DNA of 64,000 nucleotides, from positions 33,976,001-34,040,000 of the forward strand of contig OX597832.1 of NCBI GenBank assembly GCA_951406725.2. Direction: 5' to 3'. The position numbers and the translations under genes were made by a program. Below the pieces are notes generated by a model. It was not told where the DNA came from. It worked only from the letters and a program-made list of their open reading frames with translations, and searched no databases. Origin of the DNA: Octopus vulgaris (taxonomy: Eukaryota). The stretch's first letter is position 1. Every line of letters starts with the position of its first letter. This document shows positions 12,191 through 24,904 of the stretch, piece by piece.

Positions 12191-12462
12191 ACCAATATTA
12201 GTGTATCAAGTATCATTTTGGAAATGCAAACAATTTTCAGTCCTTATTCGTAAAATAAACTTTTACACGTTCTGCTGCTTTAAACTGGGAAATTAGTCAA
12301 ATCTGCCAGTCAACTATAGCCTGTCGCATGAAATTGTAGAATTTCTTGCTAATTTTACACATCATGTCGTGATTGACGAAGCCGGCCAAGAAACAAAAGA
12401 ATTCGAAACAAAAATAGTCCGTTTCTTTTGATTTTTGTTTTTTTTTGTTCTGTTTCATTTTC

Positions 12463-12506
<44 letters not shown>

Positions 12507-12937
12507 GTGTCCCATTGAAGGTCTGATATGTCAAGTCCCGATTTGGAAATGAACACGACGTTCCGTCCTTGCATTTCTAGGGATTTCCCTTTCTAATTTT
12601 TTTGAAAACCTGACAAATCGACAGCACTTGTGGTTCTTCTCTACCAAACCGTAATCAATGTTGAGACCACCGCCATCATAATCATCACCACAGTAATCCC
12701 AACTACACTAGCATCAATCCCATAGCATCCGGATCATCACCACATCAACCGCCAGGTTTTCTATCACAATATTTCAAGTATATCCCAGGATCAATAGTAC
12801 CCGTATACCCTCATACTAGCCGCCACTTAAACTGTATATGTACAAACACAAACGCGCGCACACATACACATATATATATGTGTGCGCTTGTGTACGAATG
12901 TATTTGTAAGTATAAGTATATAAATATATATGTGTGG

Positions 12938-12969
<32 letters not shown>

Positions 12970-13094
12970 TAGCAGAAGTACCCGGCGTTGCTCAGGATTA
13001 AAATACAATGTTTCTTATACTTAGTAAATTTCCTATATCGTAAATAGCGTTAGCGCCAAATTGTGACAAAATTGGTCACCGGGTAGTACTGAAG

Positions 13095-13365
13095 CCAAGC
13101 GGTAGCAGTTTGATACGAAACCCTGAGAAGGGTTTTAATGCGTTCTCAAATGGTGTAATAATTACGAATGAAGAAGCCCTGAAAAGGGGCTTTTTGTCGT
13201 TCTCATAGCAGTAATAATTTGATAAAAAACCCTGAAAAGGGGCTTTTTGTCGTTCTCATAGCGGTAACAATTTGATAAGAAGCCCTTAAATGGGCTGTAA
13301 TGCGTCCTCAACTGGTGTAACAATCGTATGTAAAGTGACCCTAAAAAGGGTCTTTGTTTCGTTTA
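13095..13365. repeat. Minisatellite, 5 units of ~52-56 bp, each with a CCC-TGAAAA-GGG hairpin
   Basis: Hairpins at about 13121, 13176, 13229, 13282 and 13337. Confidence 0.85.
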
Positions 13366-13584
13366 CACCGAAAGCAACGGAACTGTTGCTCTGAAATGTG
13401 AAACTGTGAAAACATGACAAACCTAGGTTGTACAAAGGAAAAAAACAACATAGTTGAGGAAGGTTAGTTACTTTGAAAGCATGGCTACAGTAGCACTCAA
13501 CACATTTCAGGTCTGCAAGTTTGCACTGGTGTAGTGGAGGCACCGAGGTTCACGAATTTGAAAGCAGTTGGCGCACAAAGTGTC

Positions 13585-13710
13585 CACAACACTTGTCTGT
13601 AGACCACATTTTTCGTTTTGACATTAGGGGCAAGAACGAATAGATTTTGTCTGCTTCCAACTCTGGAGCATCTGACATGAGAGTAACTGGCCATGAGAGT
13701 AACATGGCTC
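13585..13710 (-). pseudogene. Helitron Rep/Hel PIF1-like helicase C-terminal remnant
   Basis: PCYSHGQL / CSRVGSRQNLFVLAPNVKTKNVVYRQVL matches the Helitron helicase end (FSHGQLYVAxSRV...KTxNVVY). It is interrupted by a duplicated catgagagtaac. Confidence 0.85.
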
Positions 13711-14612
13711 GCCCCTCCTTCTTTTGGCAGCCGAAGCAGACTCTGTTTAGAGGCCAAGGCGCGTTCTTTTCTTAGGTGTCATGGCGGTAGTATTGGACTA
13801 TGTATAAATTGCAAGTTTTAGAAAACGAGCAAAAGTGGACACTGAAAAACAAATTTAGCATGATGTGTAAAAAGTGAACCAACTAAATGTATTATTCCAA
13901 AAAAGGTGGAAGCAGGGGCAGACAGTTAGCTATGTGGACACAAAGGCACTAAATACAATATATTTTAAGGATACGTAAACTAAAAGCTGGTAGGCGGCAT
14001 CAGCATGAAGGAGTTAACTTAATTTTGAGTACAACGTAAACATTTTACAACAAGAAGGGGATGGGTTTAAGTAAACACTAATGTAAACAGATCAAATCAG
14101 TGATATAAAACTGCCCCACAATCCTTGATGCGTGAGTAAACTGCAGAAGTTTCATCCAGTAAATTGCAAATTTAATGCGAATAAACTTGACAAAATATTA
14201 GTTTAAAACAGTCGATTAAGCATGGATAATATTCTCGCCAAATTTGGAGCAAATCGGTTTTGGAACTACGGAAGATGCTATCAAAAAACCGATTTCGCGA
14301 ATTTTTCACGATTAACGCGGAGGGCCTTGACAAAAATTCTAAGCAAAAGAAATCTTAGGTCATTAGTAATGTTCGTGTCAAATTTGGAGGTAATCGCTCG
14401 AAAAACCAGGGTGTTGTGGGTAAACAACTAGTTTTCTGAACAGTTATTTGTGGTTTTTAGTTATACGCGGGGGTCTGGAAAATATAAAGGAAATCATGGC
14501 CATCCTGGAGCATAAGCAATCATTGTGTCAAGCGTGAGCGAAATCGGTTGAAAATGTGGAAATGCATGGCATGCACACACAGACACACCGGCATCTTCTC
14601 TGTGTGTGTATG

Positions 14613-14662
<50 letters not shown>

Positions 14663-14706
14663 TGTGTGTGTATATATACAAGTGTGCACTGTATCGTGTA
14701 TGTATG

Positions 14707-14752
<46 letters not shown>

Positions 14753-15032
14753 TGTACGTAAGTTTTATAGCTAGAGAGTTGACAGTGACTTCGAAATATC
14801 GTCCTGGTAACTTCAGTCGAAATGACTGGTATTCAATAAGAGTTTAGTTTCATGTTAAATTATCTTTATCATATTATTCGATATAAAAAAATCATAGATA
14901 GACAGATAGATAGATAAGCAGACATAATGTTACGTACATATAAACATACATAGGCTGGTGCTATTATTATAAGCATCGTTATCATTATTATTAGTAGTAG
15001 TATTAGGAGGAGGAGTAGTAGTAGTAGTAGGA

Positions 15033-15250
15033 AGGCAGTGAGCCTGCAGAATCGTTAGCATGCCGGGCAAGACACTTAGCAGCATTTCTTCCGCTCTTAC
15101 GTTCTGAGTTCAAATTCCGCTGAAGTCGACTTTATTAGTCATCCTTTTGAGGGTCGATAAATTATATTCCAGTTGAATACTGGGGACCGATGTAATCGAC
15201 TGGCATCCTCCCCCAAAATTCTTGGCCTTCTGTCAAAATCTGAAACCATT
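15033..15250 (+). mobile_element. tRNA-derived SINE, family B
   Basis: ggcagtgagc.tgcagaatcgttagca..gagttcaaattccgc.gaagtcgacttt..tcatccttt..gggtcgataaa..ctgggg, with a (TAT)n tail. Confidence 0.9.
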
Positions 15251-16196
15251 ATTATTAAGTATATAACAGAAAGGATTACTATTATGAATAATAATAATAA
15301 TAATAACAATAATAATAATATAAACAACAGGGATAATGATATATAATAAAATAATTCATAACATGAGACCGTCTTTACCAGATCCAGTCCAGCCTCTCCT
15401 TCTCTGTGCCGTATAAACTTACCCATATTTCGTTGTCTACCTTACTATTTCTATCTCTCCACCCTTCCTCAGTTATTCTCTCACTCACTCAAAATCCTCG
15501 TCTCCCTCTGTCTATCCTAAACCGTCTCCCATCCCTCTGTGTTATTTCTCTCTCCACCCATATCGCTCGATATATCAATATCATTTTCTAGCACCAAACC
15601 AGACATTTTACAAGAGATATCCAGGAATATCTTGCAAACTGTATCAAGTTCTTAAATCGCTGTCTTGTTTCTTATTTTTAATATTTTCTTATTAATTCTG
15701 CTTTTAACAAGCTTCTGAGACACAATCCAGCGCAGTTTTTATATTGCTTTTCTTGCAAATAAAATACCATATAGATAGATCACACACATACATGTGTGTG
15801 TGTGTAAACATACATATAATATATATTTATATGTATATTCATACATATTTATACATAGAAATATATATATATACAGAGAAATATATCTATATATCTATAC
15901 ATATATATATACACACATATAAATATATATATATATACATACAAAAATATAGCTATATGTATATAATTATATAAGTATGTGTGTAAGTGTATGTACACAT
16001 TTCTCATGCCTGAATATGTGCGCGTATGTATGTAACTTTGTATACAAACACATAACGTACATACACACGTACAAACACACTGATGCAAACGCGGATGTAC
16101 ATGTACGTACGTTTCAATTTATATCATCTGCATGTGTGTGTTAATTCAAATATATCAAGTAATATACGTGCATGCGTGTGTGTCGAAATATACATA

Positions 16197-16229
<33 letters not shown>

Positions 16230-16269
16230 TTACATAGAATGAGTAAGAGAGAGAGATACATCCATACAG

Positions 16270-16316
<47 letters not shown>

Positions 16317-16503
16317 TTGCCTATATACATATACTTTAGTGTGATTTATATTTGCAAAGATCAGAGAATGTGTAATTTCCTTGTGGATAAGTAAGATATA
16401 CGTACACGCCATTCTCTACAAGTTTGCCCAAAGAATCAGCGATATACATATAGATATATGTATGTGCATGCGTGGGTGCTGCGTGTGAATTGTGTACTTA
16501 CGT

Positions 16504-16542
<39 letters not shown>

Positions 16543-16581
16543 TAAATATATAAATATGTGTAGTGTACTTTTCCATGATGG

Positions 16582-16631
<50 letters not shown>

Positions 16632-17494
16632 ATCTATACATACATACAGATAGGCATACATATATGTGTGTTTGTATGTTCGCGCGCTTAATGTACATAT
16701 ATATACATAGATGGTTTTTATATAGTTATTTACAAAACATATCTCTCTCTCATCCTAATAAATTCCTTGACAGCAGACAACGTCTCAAGAATACAAACAA
16801 ACGCGATATTGCCAAAGACAAACAGCATTTATTATGATATTTAATCTTGTGCTTCTTTGCAATTGGCCCTTTGGAAGATTGGGAAATTGAATGCCTCCTT
16901 CCCACAGACTTCGGATACCGTATCACATTACATGGAATTGTCAAAAATCTTGGAAAAAGCCCAGTAAGAGCTGCCATCTTGCTTGATGTTATGTACAGAA
17001 CAGTTGATATATATATATATACATACACACACACACACACACACTGATATTTTGAGGCATACATTCTAGAATTTCTTCAAACACATATAGATGTAATATA
17101 TATGCATGTAAATTAAAAATGTGTACATATATATCTGTATACATATATGTTTTTGTATGAAGATGATCAATAATTATATACATATTCATTAGTATATTTG
17201 CTTTCTACATACGTTCACATATTTATATATACATACATACAAGAATATTTGTATATATGTGTGTATAAATTTGGTTAATCGCATCCTACTTTACTAGATT
17301 AAAATGCCATATATATACGTATGAAAAGATAGATAGATAGATATACACACACATACACGCTTACGTTTTACGTGTTTGTATACATATTTGCGTGTGTCTG
17401 TGTTTATATACACTTTCGTGTAACTTTGTATGTAATTATACATATGTACATATATATACATGTGTGTGTATACATATGTATGTGTAGATGGATG

Positions 17495-17539
<45 letters not shown>

Positions 17540-18369
17540 GTTCATCTCCAATTATGTAATTCTATATGTTTATGTATAATGCAGTGTGGATTTGCGAAAG
17601 ACTGTTATGATACGCTGTGTCAGACTTCTGGCCAATACATTTCAATAGTTATCTTTCTACTGAGGCGATGTCTGCAGCTTCCTGGAGAATACATATTTAT
17701 ATACTTTTAATGTCAATGGAAGCGTTCAGTTCATCTAAATTTAGACTAAATTTAGGTTTACACCTACAAATGCACATACATTCGTGCATACATACATTGA
17801 TATAAATACATACATATGTATACATATATTCTATATATTATATGTATGTATATATGCATATGTATACACATATACATATTTATCTATTGATATATATGTA
17901 TATATACATATGCATATATGTATGTATGTATGTATGTATAGCAGATGGTGTACTTTCTTTGAAATTATGTAATGCCAGACGGAAGAAAGACGTAGAGCCT
18001 ATTGTTCGTACACAAATAAACTGCTTACATATACACATACGCACACACACACACTCTCACTCACTCACACTCTCTCTCTCTCTCTCTCTCTCACATAGAC
18101 ACAGAGGCACACATTTACAGGTTCGATTTACGCCAGCAGGCCTTTTCGACAATTGTCACTACTTCGCTTTTCGTTTCCTACAATCGTAATTCTATGACCG
18201 TTTTGTTTCTTGTCTTGTTGATATTCTTCCACCAATCCCACATCCTAATCTTATCTAAATGAACTCTACCTTTGTGAAAGGTTCTGTAAATTTCAATTTT
18301 ATTATCGTTTGCATTAGTTATAGAAATCACCAGGCTTATCTGATAGAAAGGTGCTATTGTTCGGTCCAC

Positions 18370-19230
18370 ATTAAGGCATTAAACATCACCATCCAAAATC
18401 TACCTATTCTCACTGAGGATAAAACAATGAACGAAATTTGGGGCTCACACAGAATTATCAAAAGCGAAATGCAACCGAAATCATTGGAAAAATTATTAAA
18501 CAGCGCAAGACAATATCCCTTAATAATGGAACCAAAACTGGAAAAATATGGGCGGCCTAACTGTTGCACAGACCCCACCTTTTGGAGGGTACAAGGTAAA
18601 ATGTTTAAGATGAAATGAAATTTCACTTGCGACTCTGAAAATTCATATATATGAATTTCAAGATTGTTTATTTTCCAGATTTTTATTTTCTTTCATTCCT
18701 CTCTTCCTGTTTTCAATTTGACCAAACCAATACACTCCCTATTTCTAGGTCATTTTAAATACAAACCTTTGACTCTACAACACTGTATATAAATTCCCTA
18801 CTGGGAATAACCAAGTTTAAAAATCTGCTGTATCTCACTCATAAGGGAATCTTACATTGCTTATAAACTCTATATTTGGAAGGACTCATATTAAACTTTG
18901 TTGGACTTTTGGACTTTACCTCATAGGATATTGGAATATTGCATATATACCATTCTGCCTATAAAACGGATTTACATCTTCAATACCCATACATATCTTG
19001 CATCTATTTTTTTATTTCCTTCACCTCACTCTCTATTTTGTATCACATCTACACTAACTATGACTTAACCATCCTCTCACACCGTCTCCGATGAAGGGAT
19101 ATTATTAATTAATATCTTAGAAACAGCTGTAAGACCTTCTATCTATAAATGCTCTAATATCTATACAGCCTTGGTTTTCTATCTCATTACGCAAAAAGTT
19201 CTTATATACACACGCTGACATAGAACCAAT
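18370..19230 (+). mobile_element. Penelope-like element remnant (RT/GIY-YIG linker fragment plus 3' pLTR-like region)
   Basis: IQNLPILTEDKTMNEI..HRIIKSEMQPKSLEKLL..A..PKLEKYGRPNCCT resembles the PLE linker (R.PK.L..LL..A...KC.RP.C.TC). The downstream region carries a hammerhead on the same strand. Confidence 0.75.
19084..19135 (+). ncRNA. Minimal type-I hammerhead ribozyme (U4C core)
   Basis: Stem I GTCT/AGAC; core CCGATGA; stem II GGGATATTA/TAATATCTT; GAAA; palindromic stem III ACAGCTGT; predicted cleavage after GUA at 19131. Confidence 0.85.
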
Positions 19231-19340
19231 GTTGAACCCTTTATTCGCAATATTACCGAATCTTGAACTTAACTATGGTCTGTCTATAGCACTTATTCAG
19301 CATTATCTGACACCTTTGGGTCTCAATGACACCATTATCT

Positions 19341-19436
<96 letters not shown>

Positions 19437-19487
19437 CATACACACACACACACGCATATACATATATATATATATATATATATACAT

Positions 19488-19534
<47 letters not shown>

Positions 19535-19599
19535 CACATACACACACACATATATATATATATATATATGTACGTCATGTACATATATATATACACGAC

Positions 19600-19757
19600 G
19601 TACTTTCTGCATATGTCTACCAAATCCAATCACGAGGTTTTGATCAGCTCTATAGTAGCACTCTACAGTAGAAGTCACTGGCCCAAGGTACCATGTAATT
19701 GGTCGGAAGCATGGGCTTGGGAAGCGAATTTCATACCATACACCCAAATTGCGCCTA
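19600..19757 (-). mobile_element. SINE family A 5' half (degenerate)
   Basis: gtctaccaaatcca.tcacgagg.tttg..gctatagtag..gcccaaggt.cca..tgcgcct. Confidence 0.7.
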
Positions 19758-20717
19758 TGTATATATTTGTAAATGAACTTTAAAGAAAGATAGTATTCTG
19801 ATATAGAAGGAATTTCTGCGCACTTTAATCTCTAATATTGACTCAATCAATTGATTTGTTCCGACATAAAAACTGATGAATATATAAAGAAGACAAATAT
19901 AGTTTATGACTTTTACTCATGCAATATATTCATTGAATAAGTATTAACATCATAACGGCTCTGTTTTATTGGAATCATTAATAAAAGTAACATATAGCAT
20001 TTAGTGAAAACATTTTACGTCCTAAGCTCAAATACCACCTCGTTTTACTTTGCTTTTCGGTAAGTGTTCCAGAGTCGAAATAGTGAGTACCAGTCACATT
20101 CTGGGATCAATTTAACTGACCGTTGTTTTCCTTTTCTTTCTTTCTTTAGTACTGTTGACAATGTGAAGGATAATGGTGCCGACGGGTTTGGGTATACAAT
20201 TTCAATAAACAGAGAAATAAAGAGAGAGAGAGAGAGAGAATGTGGAGGGAGGGAGAGAGAATGGGGAAGGAGGGAGAGTGAGAGAAAGGGGAAGGTGGAA
20301 GAGTGAGAGAAGGAGCCAGAGAAAGAGATAAAAGGGAGGGTGAGAGAAAAGAAGAGAGTGAGAAAGAGAGATTTAGCTAGAGAGTGAATAACTAGGAGAG
20401 AGAATAGAACTTCTGCATCACGCAGGTCATGGGGAGATTCTTCCTATTTGGAATGATAACATCTCTGGAATTCCAGAACAACATAGAACTCGTACAGCTG
20501 ATAGAAGTCTGTGAATCATTGAAGGTTGTATTCTGTGTCTGACCAACAGCAGGGAAACTATAACTGAACAAATTCAAGGAACTGGGTCCCAAGAGCTCTG
20601 CGTATTAGGGGACATGTGGAGCAATATGTTACAGAGACTGCTTTAAGTCATTCACTTAGGTGTTTCTGAGGATTTAGGCTTGAAGTACGCGTGCGAGCAA
20701 AAGTAGATTATAAAGAA

Positions 20718-21180
20718 CGAGCTATTTTGACCCGCGCTTCGCTAGGGTTTTCGTGGCGGTGTTGTTTTGTGCGTATTGTCTCCTTTTCCCTTTCTTCTTT
20801 GCCTGGTTCTTTTTATTACCCTCTTCTTTACCCCCTTTCCAAAATGCCCCAAATTTTTACACCCACAATTAAAGATAACCGTCTCTAGCCCCTGCAGCAA
20901 TACGAAAAGCCTCCATTATTCAAACAACGCAACCTGTCTATCCCATAAAACTCAATTTTTCCCATATTCTTCAGCATGGCAACCAAACGGTAGCCCCGAC
21001 TTGCAACCATCCTTACACCATCGCCCACCCCATTTTAACCCCCCCCCCCCATTGTAAATTTTAGATAATGTCGCCAATCCGACCCTATCTACCGCACCTT
21101 AATCCGTTCCCATCCCAAAATGAGACAAATAACCAAGAAATCGAACAACTTTTTCGCATTTCAGCTTTATAGATATTGGC
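20718..21180 (-). mobile_element. Possible non-autonomous Helitron
   Basis: The minus-strand end ccctagcgaagcgcggg-tcaaaatag-CTCG|T resembles a hairpin plus degenerate CTAG. The 5' end is uncertain. Confidence 0.45.
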
Positions 21181-21786
21181 TGGTGAAAACACAACTCCGG
21201 CCACCAAAGGACTTAGAGTATCGTAGGTGGCATCATAACATACTATGTATTTGTGTTGCTGGAGATTGTGTTTAGTCAGTGTCGCTTACATTCGTCGAGT
21301 GAAGAATCAGTGATTGTTTGGCTGCTGTAGGGTTTTGATTTTAAAAGCATCATAGGCGGATTTTGTGCGCATGTACATGTATGTTTTATTCATATATATA
21401 TATATATGTGTATGTAGAAACCTTACATATACAAAGTATATTTGTTAAATTGCACAACAAAAACCGTTTTTTCTTAAAGCAGACATAACTGCTGTTTAGT
21501 ACATCACGCCTGACTTTATTTTTCATAAATTCTTAAAATTTGTTTTGCATATTTCTGTTGAAATATGCTATCTTTGTTTCAATTAATTTTTTTTAAATCA
21601 ATAATTGAGTAAAATACAACACCTATGCACAGATATACAAACGCGCACACGCTCAGACGCATTCACAAATACTAACACAGACGCTAACAAACACAGGATC
21701 CATAATCACACACACACACACACACTCAACCCCCAATCTCACAGACATATATATATGCGTGTATATACATATGTGTATATACATAC

Positions 21787-21826
<40 letters not shown>

Positions 21827-22739
21827 GTATGTATATATATGTTTATTTATAATATATACATACACTCATACATGCATGCATACATAGACGCGTGCACACT
21901 CATGTACACAGATATCGATGTTTGATGAGTTCATTGCAATCCCATTGCTGCATCCTTGGGCGTGGGAAACAACTTTTCCTTTCTATAGTGTTGCATAACC
22001 AAAGGACGGTTTCACCGATTGGTGTTAATGTGTAACATAAACAACTACCTTACTTCAACGGCATCAGTGGATTAATAGGTACGCTGTTTCGGTGTACTTG
22101 TTGCCTCTTCAGTTGTAGACACCACTTTAAAAGCCAGCGTCCGAATATCAATCACAATGCCTCTAACCTGAAGCGTTACCGACTCTGCCCCAGATTAACC
22201 GCCATTATCGATAAATATTCAATATATTTCTGTGTTTAACAGAGAAGATCATATACAAATAAAACTTCGACTGTAAATAAGAAAGGCGAAAATGTGGACT
22301 GCAATTAAACTAGTGAGGGGCTAGGCTTATAATATTCAATGCGTAGTCGTTGGAATTGAAGATGGTTTTGTTTAAAGCAATTGTTATATGGAAAGGAGAA
22401 TGTAACTTGTTAAATAAGAACATAAACTAAAAACATCAGAATCGTTTGGGAAATATTAGGAAACTTATAAACTGACAGGAAATGTTGATAAATGATAAAT
22501 GTCTGTTAGCCTCAATTTAATGAGCTCCGTTTGAACTTTGCCCTCCAGGTTATGACATGATAAATTAGTGTCAACACGAAAACTACAGACGGTTTGGATT
22601 TGCAAATAAGCGGTTCCTCAACGAAAAGTTCAAAAAGGTTTAAAATCGATAGGAATTTGATAGGAAGTATTACGGCAGCACAGCCGGTCCTTTATCTTCG
22701 TCTGATTAAACAACAATCACGATCACATATGTACCTACA

Positions 22740-22741
<2 letters not shown>

Positions 22742-22781
<40 letters not shown>

Positions 22782-23121
22782 TATATGTGTATATATATGA
22801 TTATATGTGTATATATATGATTATATATGTATGATTATATATGTATATATATATATATATGATTATATGTGTATATATATGATTATATGTGTATATATAT
22901 GATTATATATGTATATATATGATTATATATGTATATATGTATATATATGATTATATATGTGTATATATATATATGATTATATATGTATATATATATATAT
23001 GATTATATATGTATATATGATTATATATGTATATATATATATATATGATTATATATGTATATATATATATGATTATATATGTATATATATATATAATCAT
23101 ATATATATATATACATATATA

Positions 23122-23159
<38 letters not shown>

Positions 23160-23263
23160 TATATATGTATATATATATATATATATGATTATATATGTAT
23201 ACATATATATGATTATATATGTATATATATATGATTATATATATGTGAATATATATATATTTA
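22742..23263. repeat. Compound (TA)n/TATGAT microsatellite array
   Basis: Repeating atatatgattatatatgt units. Confidence 0.95.
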
Positions 23264-23901
23264 TATACACATAAGGAATCCACTTAGGGTGAGATTCAAC
23301 ACATTAGAGAACCACAAAAATAACGGATAAAATTCGACAGGAATAAATTTGGAAATGAAAAACATTTACCATCTAGTACCCCGGACCAAATTGGTTTCTG
23401 ATCTTCTTTTAGCAAGTCGGGGGAACTGGCAAGGTCTGGTCTTCTTCGGCGAAGTCCAACCTGGGGTTAAAACATATAAGACAGAAGACAAGCATCGCTA
23501 CCTGTCTCATGTTTATACGAACTAACTTTTCAAATTTTTCTGCGCAATCGCAGTCCTATCGTTGGCTACAATAAACCGCCAACTTTAACCGGAAATTATC
23601 CAAAAAGTTATAAAGTTTAATTGCTAAAAGAGGATCAGAAACCAATTTGGTCCGGGGTACTAGACGGTAAATGTTTTTCATTTCTAAAGTTATTCCTGTC
23701 GAATTTTATCCGTTATTTTTGTGGTTCTCTAATGTGTTGAATCTCACCCTAAGTGGATTCCTTATGTGTATAAACATGCACTATATGGTATGACTTAATA
23801 TATAGTCTACTTGACTAATTTTTTTTTGCACGTTAGACCACTGGAAATGTAAAGTTTGATTGAATATTTTAAATTTAATTAAATTCCATTTCCCTTTGAT
23901 A

Positions 23902-23905
<4 letters not shown>
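23264..23905. mobile_element. Fold-back element with ~152 bp arms (23264-23415 / 23621-23772) plus a one-sided extension
   Basis: The arms are reverse complements with about 4 mismatches. TA tracts on both sides. Confidence 0.95.
23378..23455 (-). ncRNA. Type-I hammerhead ribozyme (U4C core, long stem II)
   Basis: Minus strand: stem I ACTTCG/CGGGGT (2 G-U); core CCGAAGA; imperfect stem II AGACC...GATCA; GAAA; stem III ACCA-ATT-TGGT; GUC cleavage triplet. Confidence 0.7.
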
Positions 23906-23941
<36 letters not shown>

Positions 23942-24135
23942 TTACGCATATACATACTTAGAGATAGGTATATACAAACATTTAGGTATCTGTTTACGTA
24001 TCCCATAAATATATACACACACACACACAAACATGCAAAGGCACAAACACACACACATATAAATACGGACTTATATGCGTTCGTAGATACATATACATAA
24101 ACACACGTTCATACACACATAAATGCATACACGCA

Positions 24136-24179
<44 letters not shown>

Positions 24180-24904
24180 TACATACACGCATGCATACAT
24201 CACTACATGCCGTAAACTTGGCGTCGCTTGAGTCTTGCTTTCCATAAAAACTATCCCGCAGAGTATTGTAAAGGAAACCATTTCAATTTTAATGAAACAA
24301 TAAACTCACATCAAAGCATTTCTGATGGCCTCACTCAGCAGATACTTTAAACCCTGACAGGTCAACTTTAATCTTGTATCGCTTCTCACAGCAAAATAAC
24401 TCAACTCCCTTCGGATATTTTGAACTCGGCCCTTCTCACTTTTTCTGAACGATGTCCAGGGAACGTTTTTTAAAAATTTTTGCTGTATTATTAGAGTAAG
24501 GTGTTATATGGCTGATGTTGCAGCCCTAAATACTCATTATGGTCAGTAGGAGTGAGGTGGGGTGTAACAGTGCAAAGCAAATATTGAATGTGAATCGGGA
24601 CCTCATTCAGTAATGTTGCTGCTATAATGAATGTCGTTGCAAACATCAGCAGCAGCAGCAATTAATTATTTTCTCCACTTTCATTTTTATTTCCATTTCT
24701 CACCGAGTCTCTTCCACACAATTAGAGCAAAGAAACTTACTGTATACACACCAGATTGTTCATTTACAATGTCAAGTTATATGATAGAAAGAAAGAAAAA
24801 AAAGACGGAAAAAGGAAAGAGAAAAATAGAAAAATGAAAAGCAAAAGAAAAAAAGAAAACAAAGAAAATAAGTGGAGGGGGGGTAAGAAAATTCCCAGCG
24901 ACAG

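Larger units (their letters stand above)
12969..14600 (-). mobile_element. Internally deleted Helitron (~1.6 kb)
   Basis: The minus-strand 3' end has the same hairpin (cctgagcaacgccggg) plus CTAA|T as the 7561 element. The 5' region resembles that element (ttcaaccgatt..ttgacac). A helicase remnant lies inside. Confidence 0.85.

Noticed and set aside
13095-13365. CRISPR-like regularly spaced hairpins
   Set aside because: The spacers are homologous to each other, the repeats are degenerate, there are no cas genes, and the context is eukaryotic. It is a minisatellite in a Helitron.
16750-17000. Protein-like ORF FAIGPLEDWEIECLLP...
   Set aside because: There is an in-frame stop just upstream, no family was recognised, and it is flanked by microsatellites.
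22330-22700. Tc1-like transposase fragment
   Set aside because: Only a few residues are suggestive, which is insufficient support.
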